A DNA stretch of 64,000 bases from Takakia lepidozioides (Eukaryota; Plantae; Bryophyta). Position 1 is the first letter of the stretch. Every line of letters begins with the position of its first letter. The notes under the pieces are model-generated. The model saw only the letters and a list, made by a program, of their open reading frames with translations. It did not search any database and had not been told where the DNA came from. A program made the position numbers and the translations under genes. The DNA is taken from assembly GCA_030704615.1 (NCBI GenBank), contig CM060731.1, forward strand, positions 22,568,001 through 22,632,000, given 5' to 3'. Shown one piece after another: positions 49,418 to 63,043 of the stretch.

Positions 49418-52400
49418 TCATAAAAAGTCTTTCATCGGGTCATCAAAGTGGACTTTCTTCATTCTGTATGCTTCCATCTCCTCTTGTGTAACCTGTAAAG
49501 AGGGGTGCTCCAAGTGATCAGTATGACAAATCAAGCCCAGGTTCCTACTCACTGTAGGAATAAATCTGAGGCATACATCCATACCCAACAGGACCTCATA
49601 AGAAGCTGAACACCTCAAACGAAGCTGACATTCTCCCCCAAACAACTGCTGGACTCGCTACAAATGGGTACAAAAAGGGGGAGAAGAGACATGCCTCATT
49701 GCTGTAAGTGACATTATATTTGCGCTTGCGTTCATCTTTCTCCTCCCTCAACCTCTCGTCCTCCTGCCAGGCACAGCAGAAACACCCCAGTATTCCGCTC
49801 TATTCAGCACCTTGAGGCACAAACACTTCTGCATAAATCCACACTACTGGCCTCCATGGCCATTGTAGAGGGGGTACTAAGGCAGTTCATGTTTCAGGGG
49901 AATTAAAAAGGTTGACTCTGACCGCAGCAAGCATAAATTCTGGTTTCACTCCACCCTAAACGGCTACTGCCTTCCGTTTGGAAAGTGGACACCTAATGGC
50001 AATAACTTGGGTAACTGCAAACCTCCCCCAAGGACTTGAAAGTCCCCGGGTACCCACACATTAGGTGACCGGTTGACCCAGCAACCCCTTTTTATAGCTG
50101 GGTTGGGTATAATGGGGTAAGGGGAAACAGATGGATGTCAACATATAACCCCAAAAAGACAAGTAAATTACCTTCCGGAGAGCATCTTTCAGCTTCTTCT
50201 GATCCAAAACCAGATCATCCGCCACCTCACTTCCCCAAGTTGCCAAGTTCTTCTCCTCATTGAGCTGTGGTGCTTCTGTACACATCATGCAACAATTATA
50301 AGAGTGCAATTCCTAAACAACTACCGTATTGAGTAAATGTCTACTACAGATGTGGAGTTGCATACCTTGGATAGCCTCCTTGCGCTCTATGTTTGCACGC
50401 ATAAGATCGGCAGATGCCTCAGCAGCGTCGATGCCAGCCTGGCCTGTGCAGTAGCTATTGCGAACAAACTGCTTACAACACTTGTAACCCCACTGGTGGT
50501 CTTTCCACCATGAACCCCACACAGTAGTGTGATTGTTGATGAATACATCCTCCTCATATTTGCTCTTTGGCACTGCTTTCTCCTGCACCATTCATTAGTT
50601 CCATTGATCCTGCCTCCAACGCTTACCAAACAAAGTGACTTGAATCCTATGAGACTGGACATTGAAACTGAGATAACCTGTCAGAATAGAGTCAAATTGT
50701 TCATTTGGAGACAAGCCAGACACAAAAGACAAAGCACTTTGCACCGTATTGAATAGTTCTGAGAGAAACAGCCCTAGGAGAAGGAAAAACAGTATCAAAC
50801 GGCAGATGACCTCAAATCGGTATATGTCATGCACATGAAAGTGACATACCTGGCCTTTGATTATGCGTCCTGCGCGATCATACTCAACTTGCTGCTCGGT
50901 CTGGCCCAGTAACAACTCTACAGGAGGTTTGTCATCTGACGCAGCATTCCCATACTTGTCCATGATATCCTGCTTTGTTTGGGACTTCAGTTTCTCTTTC
51001 TTCACTGTAAACTCCCGGTGCAATAGTTCTGCCTGTGAAGGGGCAGCCTGCAAATGAATATCCTGGCCCTTCTCATAGGCCTCCCACGCATGAATATTGA
51101 GTTGCTTGAACTCTTGTGCTTGGCCACTTATCCTGTTCTGATTGTCACCCTGCACACAGTCATGTAGCTCTGCTCTGTCAAAAAAAGTCCCATTTCTTTT
51201 CTTTTGCATTTTTGAAATGATCAGCAAGACAAGATCGACTTTATTAAGATTCAAGAGTACGATTCAAGGAACAAGTCAGCACAGTCGACAGGAGCCATAA
51301 GTGCAAGAAGCTGAAACAGGAGCCCAACAATCTTCAAAACAAGAAGGCAAGCTTCTAGAACTCATCAAAAGACCTCTCCCTCTCAGAGAATAGAGCATTC
51401 TATAAGCAGCTAATTCAACTGTTGCTCAGGTTGCATTGGACAGGAAAGCAATGTGGTAAGGTACTACCTCATAAAACTTCTCATTGGGATCACTGTCCGG
51501 AAGAGGATCCTCACGCATAGAGCGTGTCTTGGGATCATAATATGCAGAATTGACCTCCAAATTGAGTAGATATTTTGCCGTGTCTTCTCGAATACGCAAG
51601 TTCCTGCACATGCCACACCAGTCATGTGAGTTGTCTACATGAGCAAGATCCACACCCTTTAAAGGCTGCCCTTACAATGACGTGTCTTCCTCAATCTCAC
51701 AAGTGTGAAAGAAAGAGGGATGGGCAAAGAAATGGCAATGCAATCCCACCACTCTTACACTGAGAAGTACATGCTATCTGAAAATTAAACACATTCTCAG
51801 AAAATTTTCTTACCGAACAGTTCCAGTGCTGCCTCCTCCAGTTGTGCGCACCCTCTTCTCAACTTTGGCAAAGTCCATTTGTTTGCTTTCATCTACTTTA
51901 GCCTCATCAACTTCGGCACCATCTTCATCCTCATCCTCATCCTCATCACTACCTTTATCTGCATCAGGCTCAGGATTGCTATTCTTCTGCTCCAGCTTCT
52001 TTAGCTGCTCCTCCTTTTGGTACCGGCGCCGAGCCTCATCTCGCATTTCATATGAGTCTATTACCCGAGCATAAGTGGCAGCATTATATCCATTCCAGCG
52101 ATCTCGCTTCCCGTCATAATCTAACTCAAATGTCTCAATCTTTTCGTCTGCTGCAATATGCTTGTTGGTCCACTTCGCACCAAGTTTGCGGGGCCGTTCC
52201 ATACATGTCTTGACATCATGAGTCATAGCACCACAGCTGTATCACAACAATAGGCTCAGAAGGCAACCTTCAATCTCAGAACCCACTGTAGCCATTACTC
52301 AAAAATGCAAGGCTGAATCAGCCTTCGAAACCAAAACAAAGTGTGGTCCTGGACTAACGGGAGTAATTAACTGTGCTCGAGGAAAACTAGGGAGACCATC

Positions 52401-53978
52401 CCTTTAAAACCTGAAAATTTTCCAAGTTGGTATTCCAAGCTATCACATGTGTAATGATACACACTGTATACATGCATTATGCAGTTACAATCAAGTTATC
52501 AGAACCTGTTATGAAAACTCATATATACCTTCAACTGTTACAAGCTACTGCACAAGGGAAGAGAAGCAAACATACTTGGTGCAGGCCCCTTTGCGGAACT
52601 TTTCAGCCTGGTACACTTTTGCACCTCTGTCGTACCAGTCCTTGGTATAATTTGGATCTGATTTCCAATTCCTTTGATGTTTCAGACTCTGCAGAGAGAC
52701 AGATTACAGTCAATAACCCCTCCCCACCCAGAAGGTGTACTTAAGAAACTCTCTCTGTCTCAACAGACACGACTCAATGGACTGAAATTAAAACTCAGGG
52801 TGGGGAGTCTGCATTTGAACAGAAAACAGATGAAGAGAGAAAAGAGAGATTATCAAAGCCTGATATGAGGGCGGACTTAAGACAATATCCATTCCGATAC
52901 AATGTCCAGGCTATTCTCATCAGGGAGCCACCCTCTTCAGGACCATCAAGAACGTAGTCCCTTCACCAACTTTCAAAATCTCAAGGCTGAGCCAAAAGCC
53001 CTGGCCCTGTTGGGGTACAATTGCTGGACAGCTCAAAAACAGCAAATTGATGCTTGTGCGGAGGGCTTTCTAGAGGAAATCTGGAAAGCCCAGACTGACC
53101 TTGATAGGTAAGTCCCACTACTGGAGTGAGCCCCTCACAAAGATAGTGCGCGTTCCCTCTTGTTCCACCCAAATTAGGCATGGGGTCTGTCGCCATAAGG
53201 CTATGGCCCCTCCTGTCCCTTAGCACCTTAAACAGACACTTTGAGGGACTTATTAACAATGGCACTGGTTGCTTCAATGTGGCCCGTGGAAGTCTGCGTC
53301 TGAGGGAGTCCGTTATTTCTTCGAACAGCAATTATTTCCACCCTTAAGTCTGAAACAAGTGGAAATCACCAGGTAATCACCAAAAGAACAGATGATACGC
53401 TGACTGAGCAGGCCTCCATAGCCTCTCCTACAAATTCGTGAGGAGAAAGAGGGATTCCCTTGCAATTTAATACAGGAGTTTGTAAGACATACCGGTCTTT
53501 CAGCATTGAGATACCATGGGGCAGAGGACATATATTGAGGAATATGAGGATTAATCTCCTTTCCATCTTCATCGAGCTCTGCTGGCGCAAGGCCTGCTTT
53601 TCGGGCCTCCTCCAACTCGAGCTGCTTCCTATGATCCTCTCTGGATTTGAATGCCGCTGCAACAACATTCTGTGTGAGAGCCTGTGCAGTAGTATACTTT
53701 TCCTACTAGATATACATTTGTTGATTCAGAAAACACCGCTTGGGAACAAAGACTGGCGAGAAAAACATGCTTGATTTGCCTGCGGTGGATATCCTAAGAA
53801 CTTATCCAAGCTGAACAACTCTATGCAAGGGAAAATATAGAGCATTCAATCTTGAAAGAGACGCATAAAACTTCAATGAACATAAGGAGGTAGAAGAACG
53901 AGCGTATAAATTTCGCGAATTGAACGAGACGAGAACAAAGCTAATTTGAAGATCCGAACTACCTGATGCCGTCGCCAT
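49418..53978 (-). CDS. SLU7: Pre-mRNA splicing factor SLU7
   Basis: Multi-exon: MATAS micro-exon (53963-53978), [35 protein letters not shown], zinc knuckle, [56 protein letters not shown]. Confidence 0.96.
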
Positions 53979-55625
53979 GTCTGAAAAAGCCTGGTGGACT
54001 GTCAAGAGTCAACCGAACTTCCCCCGCGCAGGAACACAAACCCTAGAAGAGTGCCACAGCAACCAAGGCAACTCACTTTCACAAACGTTATCCCATCACA
54101 AATGCAGAATGACAGAAATAACGAGAAAAGCTGCTACAGAGCATAAGAACATAACAGGACAAAACAGCAACAGGAAAGACAGCAGAAAGAAACAGACCTA
54201 AAGACAGCACATGTGCGAGAAGAGTGAAGTAAGACAAACGCAGGGAAAAAGGATGGTGCACAAGGGAAATCGAAAGGGAAAGCAATCCGAGTACAATTGC
54301 ACGACCGTCGTGGGATAGCGGCTTGAGGATCGGGAGAAACCTGCCTTCACACTCTGCAAGATCTTTCTGTCTTGCGGACCGAACCCTTCCTTGTCCAAAC
54401 CCTAACCTAAGCACCGTTGTTACCCTAACTACCTTTGTTGCAGTGTTTTCACTTTTTCGACCTCAAAAAAAACATCGAATATTCTGTCGTAAATTCCCTA
54501 TTCTCTCATGGATGAAGTCGCCAAAATTCTCCCAAGAAAAAAACTGAGGATGAATTCGCCTAATATGGATGATATATATGGATGAAAGTACAGAGGAGGA
54601 TGACTCTGTCCAAATTTTAGTGGATGAACAGAAAATATGGCTATTTCTGCAACACTCAGTGTTATTTTCCAAATTTGAAAAAAAAACACTGCTTTGTTGA
54701 CCACCGATATTGTTTATAAAAACACTTTATTGATTGTTTCTTTTTTACTTTTGACACTTTTAAAGCAAATCCTGATTTTTTTCACTTAATTAATTAATTA
54801 ATTAATTATCCTTAATCCGCGCTTCATCAAACGGGGTTTCCGTTAAAAACTTTGGTGAAGTGTAGTGCACAATCCTTAAAAAAACATTATAAAGAAAAAA
54901 ACATCCTAACCCTAATCAAAATCCTCCCTGCCTGACCCATTCCCAGTCTGCTGATTCAGAGAGATGTACTTGTCTCTTCTTGCATCGATTCCATGGCCCG
55001 TCTCGGATGTGCTGTTTCTTGTGTATCACGGGAGAAAGTATCCGGTGTAGCTTTCACAGCTCCAAACTTGCGCTTGCACGATGAAAAGAAATGAACTGTT
55101 TAACGTCCATAGATCACGAGAACAAACCAACAACGAACTAGGAAGAATACATAAAGGGTCGCATCTGATAATTTGTGGGTACTTGCTTCAAATCTTACCT
55201 TGGCAGAGGTTATAATTATCTATCAGGACCAGAAATTATCAGACTCTTGGACATCCGCCACTGTTTGCTGCATGCTTCTAGCCCACAATCTTTACTGTGT
55301 CCGAAAAGCTGCCCACATTTAGCAAAACAGTAGGAGACGAGTCAACTGATAGAAGCTTAGCATGTGAAAGAATAGCGTTACAATCTGTGACAACATGTGT
55401 TGTTTATGCCAAGCTGCTCTACAACTCCTAGCACGAGGAAAGAAAAATGTCTCTCCATAGTGATTCTCTTTCATATTTGAACAACAAGAGCAGCTTAAAG
55501 CATCGGAATCTGTTGTCATCTCCGCACTGGCAATTGCAATCAGGAACCGCAAAGTGAAGGCAAAGAGAAGATGGTAGCTGTACTGCTTTACGGTTCTTGC
55601 TTCGCTGATCTTTGCAGATACAACG

Positions 55626-58600
55626 ATGGCACCGCCCTCCGCCGCTCTCCTGGGCGTGCAGGTTGAGGGCATACCCACGGCCCTCTTTTCTTCAAGCGTT
55701 GAACGGCCGGGAGGCCTCACAGCAAGCTGCAGACTGTCCGGCCTGGCTGTGGAGCCGAAATGCGTATCTGCCTTTGCAACTTCAGGTCGCAGCTCCCTGC
55801 GAATTATTGCTATACCCAGTCTCCAGAGATACCCAAAGAAGGTACAAGCATACAAATGTTTGCGGAATTTGGATTCCTATCGAGTTTTTGGGCTTGCACA
55901 AACATCAAATATGTTGTTGAGTCCAGCATTGGTGCTCTACAGTCAATGCGAAAAAGACAATGAGATTTGGCTGTGATGCTGCCAGTCGCACCGTGCGAGA
56001 AAGGTCAGGGAGAGAGAGATGGGGAGAGAGAAAGAAAGAAGGTTCATAATGCTCACATGGGGGGCTCGAGGGGCCCCATGGGACAAAGCAGAACAACTAC
56101 AGAAAATATACAGAAAATATAAAACGATGCCCAAGACGAAGGGCCTAAGGCAGGTAGGGTGCGAAGAAACTTGATAACGTCCACAGAGGGCCACGAACGC
56201 CCATGTGACAAGGTAGAACAAACCAATACCCAGTAACCAAGAGAGAGAGAGCATAATTATCTGGAAGTTCTCAATGAGATTCAGATAATTGGGAGCTGCT
56301 GAATATTTATCCATTCTGCATGCAGGCCAAGCAGTGAGCAAAGAACAACTCTGGCAGGAGTTCTTCTTAGATTCTTCAGTGTCCTGGGACAACAGGATTG
56401 ATAAGGTGGGCCTATGTACATTCAGGATTCTGAAAGTGTTTGTCTCATCACTGAATCTGGCACCATGCTTTTCTGTTGACTGAATTATAGCTGCTGCAGT
56501 AAACTTGCTTTGGCACTAAGCAGCAGAAGTGGCCCTTTACTGTCTTTAAGTGAAAGATGCTCGATGCATAACTGTTTAGCCTGATCCATGCGGAAGTTGT
56601 GGTTGCTCAGCTGCCTCCAGGTGCTTTTTGCAGAAATGTCCAAGATCACCAGACTTCAGACATAAGCACACAAAGGAGGTCCTTTGGATTGAGCGTTGGT
56701 TGAACGCTCCTTGGGTGAATGCAGAGTTATCTGAAGGTCGAGCACAATCTGGTGAGGGTTGTAATATTGATGTGCATCATGCTCCTCCAGGCGAAGAATA
56801 CTCCGGGTATTCTTTCAATGATCATTGATGGTTCCAACTCACTCTGGTCCATCGAACTGACTGCAGTAGTTTTGTGATAGTGTTAATTTATAGCAACAAG
56901 AATGCCCTCATAGAGGGATCTTTCTTCGAAGCATATAGCTGGGTTTCCATCCTCAACTAGTTAGGCTGTAAAAGATTGTAACGAAGAGTTCCGAGTCATG
57001 CAGGATGGCAGGGTCAAATCAAACACAGCTATTGGCATCAGGAACCTACATCATGACCACTGCCTTTGAAAGAGGACCACGAGAGGGCGGCAGCAAAAAC
57101 TCTTCTGTCATTGGTGTTGATGTGAGGACACTGTGTAAGGCAGGACAAGTGAAAAATGCATTGCACATTTTGAACCGACAAGGCACGTTGGCAGACTCCA
57201 ATACTTACATCTGCCTCTTGCAGGAGTGCATCAAACTTAGAGACTTAGAAACAGGAAAGCGGGTGCATGCCCACATTATCCAGACTGGATGCAAACCAAA
57301 TATCTCTCTGCTCAACACCCTTGTAAATATGCATGCTAAGTGCGGGAGCATGGGAGATGCACGCCAAGTCTTTGACAGAATGCCTGAAAGAGATGTGTTT
57401 TCGTGGACTATAATGATGGCAGGGTATGCAAAGTATGGGTGTGCCAGGGAGGCTTTGGAGATCTATGAACAAATGATACAGAAAGGGGTGACGCCGGACA
57501 GGATCACATTTACTTGCATTGTTAAGGCATGTGCCAGCCTAGGGGCCCTGGAAAAGAGCAAAGAGATCCATGCTGACATCATTAAAGCTGGGATTGTGCC
57601 AGATATTATTTTGCAAACTGCCCTTGCTGACATGTATGCAAAATGCGGGAGTGTCAAGCATGCACGTCAGGTGTTCGACAATATGGCTCACCGAAATGTG
57701 GTCTCAGAAACTGCCCTTGTTAACATGTATATTAGATGCAGGAGCATGAAGAATGCACGTCAAGTGTTTGACAAGATGGCTGAAAGAGATGTGGTGTCAT
57801 GGAATGCAATGATTGCAGGATATGCTCAGCATGGGTGTGGTAGGGAGGCTTTGGAGATCTATGAGCAAATGAGGCTGGAAGGGGTGAACCCAGACAAGGT
57901 TACTTTCTCTTCTGTTCTCAATGCATGTGCCAGCACTACAGCCCTAGAAAAGGGCATAGAGGTCCATGCTGACATCAGCAAATCTGGAATGGGACCCAAT
58001 ATCATTTTAGAGACTGCCCTTATTGACATGTATGCCAAATGCGGAAGCATGAAAGATGCACGTCAATTGTTCGACAACATGGTTCAAGGAGATGCAGTGG
58101 CATGGAATGCAATGATAGCAGGGTATGCTCAGCAAGGGGATGGTAGGGAGGCTGTTCAACTATTTGAACAAATGGTACAGGAAGGCTTGAAGCCGGATGG
58201 TATCACATTTATATCTCTTCTCTCTGGATGTAGCCATGTGGGATTAGTGGATGAAGGCAGACACTACTTTGATTCCATGAATCGAGATTATGGCCTCACT
58301 CCTACAGTAGAGCATTTTGGCTGCATGGTGGACCTTCTTGGCCGTGCAGGGCAATTGGATGAGGCTGAGGACTTGATTAACAATATGCAAACCCAACCAG
58401 ATGCTGGAGTGTGGGGAGCTTTGCTTGGTGCGTGCAGACTTCATGGTGATGTGGAGCGGGCAGAATGTGCTGCAAAATGTCTCCTCAAGTGTGATCCACA
58501 GGATGCATCAACTTATGTGCTGCTCTCAAACATCTATGCTGCGGCTGGCAGGTGGGATGATCAAGCAAAGGTGAGAAGACTAATGGAAGAAAGAGGTGTC

Positions 58601-59017
58601 AGAAAGGAAGCAGGTCGCAGCTGCATTGAGGTGGACAACCAGGTGCATACATTTGTTGTTGAAGACAAATTGCATCCACAAATTGAGGAAATCCATGCTG
58701 AGCTGAAGAGGTTGTATGGGCACATGAAGGATGCAGGATATGTACCTGACACGCGTTTTGTATTGCATGATGTGGAGGAGGAGATGAAGGAATTTTCTCT
58801 TTGCCACCACAGTGAGAAGCTGGCTATTGCTTTTGGGCTCATCAGCACCTCCCCTGGAATACCTCTCCGCGTCAGTAAGAACCTTCGGGTCTGTGGTGAC
58901 TGCCACACTGCCATCAAGTTCATCTCCAAGATTGTTGGGCGCGCAGTTGTAGTACGGGATGCCATCCGCTTTCACCATTTCATTGATGGGGTTTGTTCTT
59001 GTGGAGATTACTGGTGA
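55626..59017 (+). CDS. PDF-motif PLS-E-DYW PPR RNA-editing factor, 'PPR-D' (~12 motifs, intact DYW)
   Basis: Main ORF 57005-59017 with [18 protein letters not shown]. Predicted upstream exons 55626-55785 (Ser/Ala-rich, transit-peptide-like), 56326-56405 ([13 protein letters not shown]) and 56634-56751 ([17 protein letters not shown]). The join to the main ORF is uncertain. Confidence 0.85.
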
Positions 59018-59628
59018 AACAAGCAACTCTTTGAATGAAACAAAATGAACATGAGCATGGAAAGGTGTCAGAAGTTACAAGCACAAAGTCAAGGTAAAAG
59101 TGAGAAGATTTGTGAAGGAATGCAACAAGTAGTGCTCGTTCTGTGAGCCCGCCCGCATGATGATTACCCTGGCCGTCAAATGGCACCAGCAAAGCCATGG
59201 AAAAGCTTATATGGCAGTGGAACTGATTGACAGATTGCAAGGAACAAACAGTAGGCTTGAAGAAACTCCCCAAGTGATGGGCTTGGAAGTTGTGCATGAG
59301 GAGACAGGTATTGCTGTTATTTTACCCGATCCTATATTGAGTGTGATAGGTATGGCATGCATATGCCATACATACACACATGCACATGTGTGCATACATT
59401 CAAGTGGGCTGCCTATGTGCAAGAAGATTCTTCAGAGTTGCGAATTCCACACGCATACACAAAATCTGGGGCACTGCAATCTATCCTCCCTTCTCTCGAG
59501 CTTGTTTCTCTTCTAATGTACTTCAGCTTTTTCAGTGGCTTCCTTTCCTACCACTGCGATTTGGGACAGAACCCCAGACCTGCCTCACAGCCTCAAGGAA
59601 AATCACAACAAAGGACTGGTGGGTCATC

Positions 59629-60339
59629 CTAGATTGCAATCCGCGAGCGTGGAACCCTGCTCCTTCTTTGTACCAGACGGCGGATGAGCTGCAGCCAGGC
59701 GCGGCCCTGCCACCAGAAGAGGCCAGTCACACCTAGCATCTCCAGCACCAGCACCACTTTTATGTCTTGGAGCTTGTGAACCAGTCCTCTCAAACTCTTC
59801 TCCTCGTGAAAGATGGAGAGGTTGCCTTCTTCCTGCTGACGCACAAGTTTGATGTTCTCCGGGTGGGTCCTGCTTAGGAGCACCCCTACCTTGGGCGTAC
59901 CCAACTGCTTTACCAGTTTGTCGCTTGATGCTTTGCCTGCGCCCCGGCAGGAGTTAGCACACTTTGCTCTTCCGTCATACTCGTCGCTTCCATCACAGCA
60001 GTCACAAATGCCATCGTTGACACGAGATGAAAAGAGTACCGTTGGTGACTGTCCTGTATTCTTGCAGTAGAACCTGCCCTGAGGGCAAGCTGAAGTCCCA
60101 GGCTCATCAGTTCCGTCCGCGCAGTCACAAAAGTTATCATTGAGGCGCTCCCGAGGGAATGCTTTGGAACCATCTTTGCACCATAAGGGTGAACCCCGGT
60201 AGTACTTCAACTCTTGAGGCGGAATTCCCTTGGTCTTGGAGCCCGCCGATACCTCTCCCAACATCACCGCAAGAATGTGCAGTACCAGCATTATGCCTCC
60301 CACTTTCCTCCATCTCCACCAGTGCTTCCATGCCTTCAT
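59629..60339 (-). CDS. Short glucosidase II beta subunit-like (PRKCSH N-terminal domain) membrane protein
   Basis: Hydrophobic signal segment, CKDGSK..LNDNFCDCADGTDEPGTSAC..GRFYCKN..SSRVNDGICDCCDGSDEY and C-terminal TM helix. No MRH domain or HDEL. Intronless. Confidence 0.88.
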   Translation of the reverse strand: MKAWKHWWRWRKVGGIMLVLHILAVMLGEVSAGSKTKGIPPQELKYYRGSPLWCKDGSKAFPRERLNDNFCDCADGTDEPGTSACPQGRFYCKNTGQSPTVLFSSRVNDGICDCCDGSDEYDGRAKCANSCRGAGKASSDKLVKQLGTPKVGVLLSRTHPENIKLVRQQEEGNLSIFHEEKSLRGLVHKLQDIKVVLVLEMLGVTGLFWWQGRAWLQLIRRLVQRRSRVPRSRIAI

Positions 60340-60872
60340 TATCGTCAACTTCTAACGAAATCCAGCAGCGTGAAGTCTCTCGCAGCCAGGTCAAAGAAAC
60401 TATCCTGCGACTCTGCGATCCATGAAGAAAATCCGAAACAGGCCCAACAAGAGAAATGGATCTATCCTGCGATCTGTGCAGGAAACCAAAACATTGGTGG
60501 AATCACACATTGTTGCACGCAGAAACTGTAAAGCTTTTCTCGATCCCTCCTCCATGCGTACAGGATATCTCCGATGACCATACATTCTTCTGAACTGTAT
60601 GAACACCGTGTCACGGATGCACTTATTGGATGAAAACGACGAACTAGTGACGAACGCTGTGCAAACAGTGCATGAATAAAGCCATTCAGGGAATGAAAGT
60701 ACCCATGATGTGGACGAGATCGTCGCGTACGTGGATGATAATACTAACCCCTGGATGAATACATCCTGCAAAAGCTGCGAGAAGAGAGAAGCGAGAGCGC
60801 ACGCACACGCAAACCAACCGCGTACAGTACGCAGAGATCTGAGGGAGGCGGAAACGACAAGAGGAGGGAAAC

Positions 60873-61103
60873 ATGTGGCAGATTGTGGAAGCTATTCTGC
60901 TTTTGTTGAATGCCCTGGCAATTTTGAACGAGCAGCGGTTTCTGGCACCTCATGGCTGGGGCTTCGCGGACTTGCCTGGGGGGAGGAAGGTGGCCTCACT
61001 CAAGGCACAGATCCTTGGATTTTTGCATGCAGTTCAGTACTTGAGGGCACCTCTTGTCGCTATCAATGTCGTGGCCATCACTTCCAAGCTCCTCTTTGGG
61101 TAG
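60873..61103 (+). CDS. Yos1 / IER3IP1-like ER-Golgi membrane protein
   Basis: 76 aa with the Yos1 family signature LLLLNALAILNEQRFL..GW...LKAQI...AVQYLRAPLVAINVV...KLLFG. Confidence 0.9.
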   Translation: MWQIVEAILLLLNALAILNEQRFLAPHGWGFADLPGGRKVASLKAQILGFLHAVQYLRAPLVAINVVAITSKLLFG

Positions 61104-62831
61104 TGATTTCAGGTTCTATCCTAATGTTAGGGTTAGGTTTTATTAGCAGCACACTCGTCATTCACAATTGAGGGTGTTTATGCTACATCTCGTTTCCCTT
61201 AAGATAGATCTAGGAAAACTTACAGCCTTTCATTTGGGAAGAAACTGGTCTTCGCCTCAACATCCCTTTTCCATGCCTAGCAGTGGATCAACTGCCCAGG
61301 CTTCGGCGGTACAGCTTCAGGGACATCTTTGGAAAACGGGACTTCACGTCCAGATGATTCGGCACAAGGTGTCTCACGTTTTTCCTGCACCTGTATATTC
61401 TTGCCTTGATGGTTATTCTTCTGGAGCTGCAAGCATTTTACCTTAAGGCTCACACAATGTGATAGCAGTGTCTCGAAAAGTTGTTTCGATTGTAGTGTTA
61501 TTCTGTAGAGGGTTAAACGGTTATCACACTTTGTCAGTACTTCCATCGCACATGCCATAATGTGTGGTCGATGTCAGTGTTTTCCAGCTCTTTGGTTTTC
61601 CATCTTAGCAATAGCTTCCATCGATTGCAAAGATCATTATTTGTTCAGGAAAAGTAGGAGAATAGCCCCATGTAAATTTAAGCCAGTTTTAGCGGGCACC
61701 TTCCTGACACATTCTGAGGAACTTGGGCGTCGACACTTCTTTCGCAACACCATTGGACAGATGCTTTGCATTCACTGGGGACACCTTACCCTTGGACAGA
61801 GACTTTGGGCTTTGATCCCATGTTACAAATGTTGCGAAATGTCTCCGTGGATTCAAGAACATCCTAATATCTCTAACCAGTTCAGCCACTCAGCCTATTC
61901 AAAGTAGGTAGATCAGCAGACAATGGATGTTTTCAGGAGTTGCATGTTTCCATGGGACTTGAATCTAGTATATTGGTGAGCCATCCCTTTTCCCCACTCG
62001 CTTTTTTCCCTCTGGGCTTATCAAAGGGCAGTAACTTTTATGGTTTCACACAATGCTAAAGAACCCCTGTTGACAATTCCACAATGAAGATGGTGAGCAT
62101 GTGTTTCTGAACAATGTGTGCATTAGATCTGTAGTCATTAAATGACACAACTGGAGTGGTCTGGCCAGGTGAAGGTGCAATCTCTGTAAATGCTTTGCCA
62201 AACAAGGCCAGGAGTGTGAAAGACAGGAGAGAGAAGACTCCAGCCAAAGCCAGTGGAAAGGGCAGGATATCTATGGGAGCTCCAGGAGGATGATAAGGAG
62301 AAAAATAAGCCAACATTGTGTTCAAATAGCAGATCTGTGATAGAAGGGCTTTAGGCGGCAGCCATGTGATAATTGAGGGGCTAACGCAGTAGCTCCTACA
62401 AGAGACAACTATGACTGGATAGTCCAAGTATTGTTTGTGTGTTCAGGATATTGACAGGCGACGAAGATACTCCTGTGTAGGCGTTCTGCTCTCAGACAAG
62501 CCTTTTGGTGGCCTGTGAGGGGCTTCGTTAGGCTGTCACTTGGCAGCTGTTTGGCGAGTGCTTCTGAGGTGAGCTTACATCAACTCAGTTAAGGTATCTG
62601 GAACTTAACCACAGAGGAGCAACTGCACAAAAAGCACATCACACAGATTAACAGGGTTGGAGATTAAAAGTTGCGAGGTGGGCACAAAGAAGGGGTCAGA
62701 GGAAGGGGTTTCAAAAGTCCATCGCTTGCCCTGAATTCTGCGTCACTCTATTGAAATTCCTTTATCATCTGTCTATTGTACAGACAGTTAATCTGCCACG
62801 GCAGATCTGGATACATCCCCAATTTCTGAGC

Positions 62832-63043
62832 ATGGCTACTCACGATGCAAATACGCCAGGGGCTCTAGATACCAAGGATGCAATCAATGTGGAGGAAGCA
62901 ATGCCAGAGGAACTACAAGGTGACGATGACACACGCCATTATAAGAAAGGGATGTGGACCATTTCAGAGCTACTTGTGTTGCAAGCTGTGAGGAGAGAGG
63001 ATTTTGAGAAGCAATCTAAGGGTGGGAATCGAGAGAAGCACAG
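62832..63043 (+). CDS. 5' part of a trihelix (Myb/SANT-like, ASR3-type) protein; partial
   Basis: RHYKKGMWTISELLVLQAVRRED resembles the trihelix R.YRKGNWT..E.LVL.A start. Possible donor cag|gtcagc at 63043. No downstream exon recognised in the window. Confidence 0.55.

Noticed and set aside
54036-54920. Scattered AACCCTA telomere-like motifs upstream of SLU7
   Set aside because: Isolated single units (ordinary telo-box-like sites), not an interstitial telomeric array.
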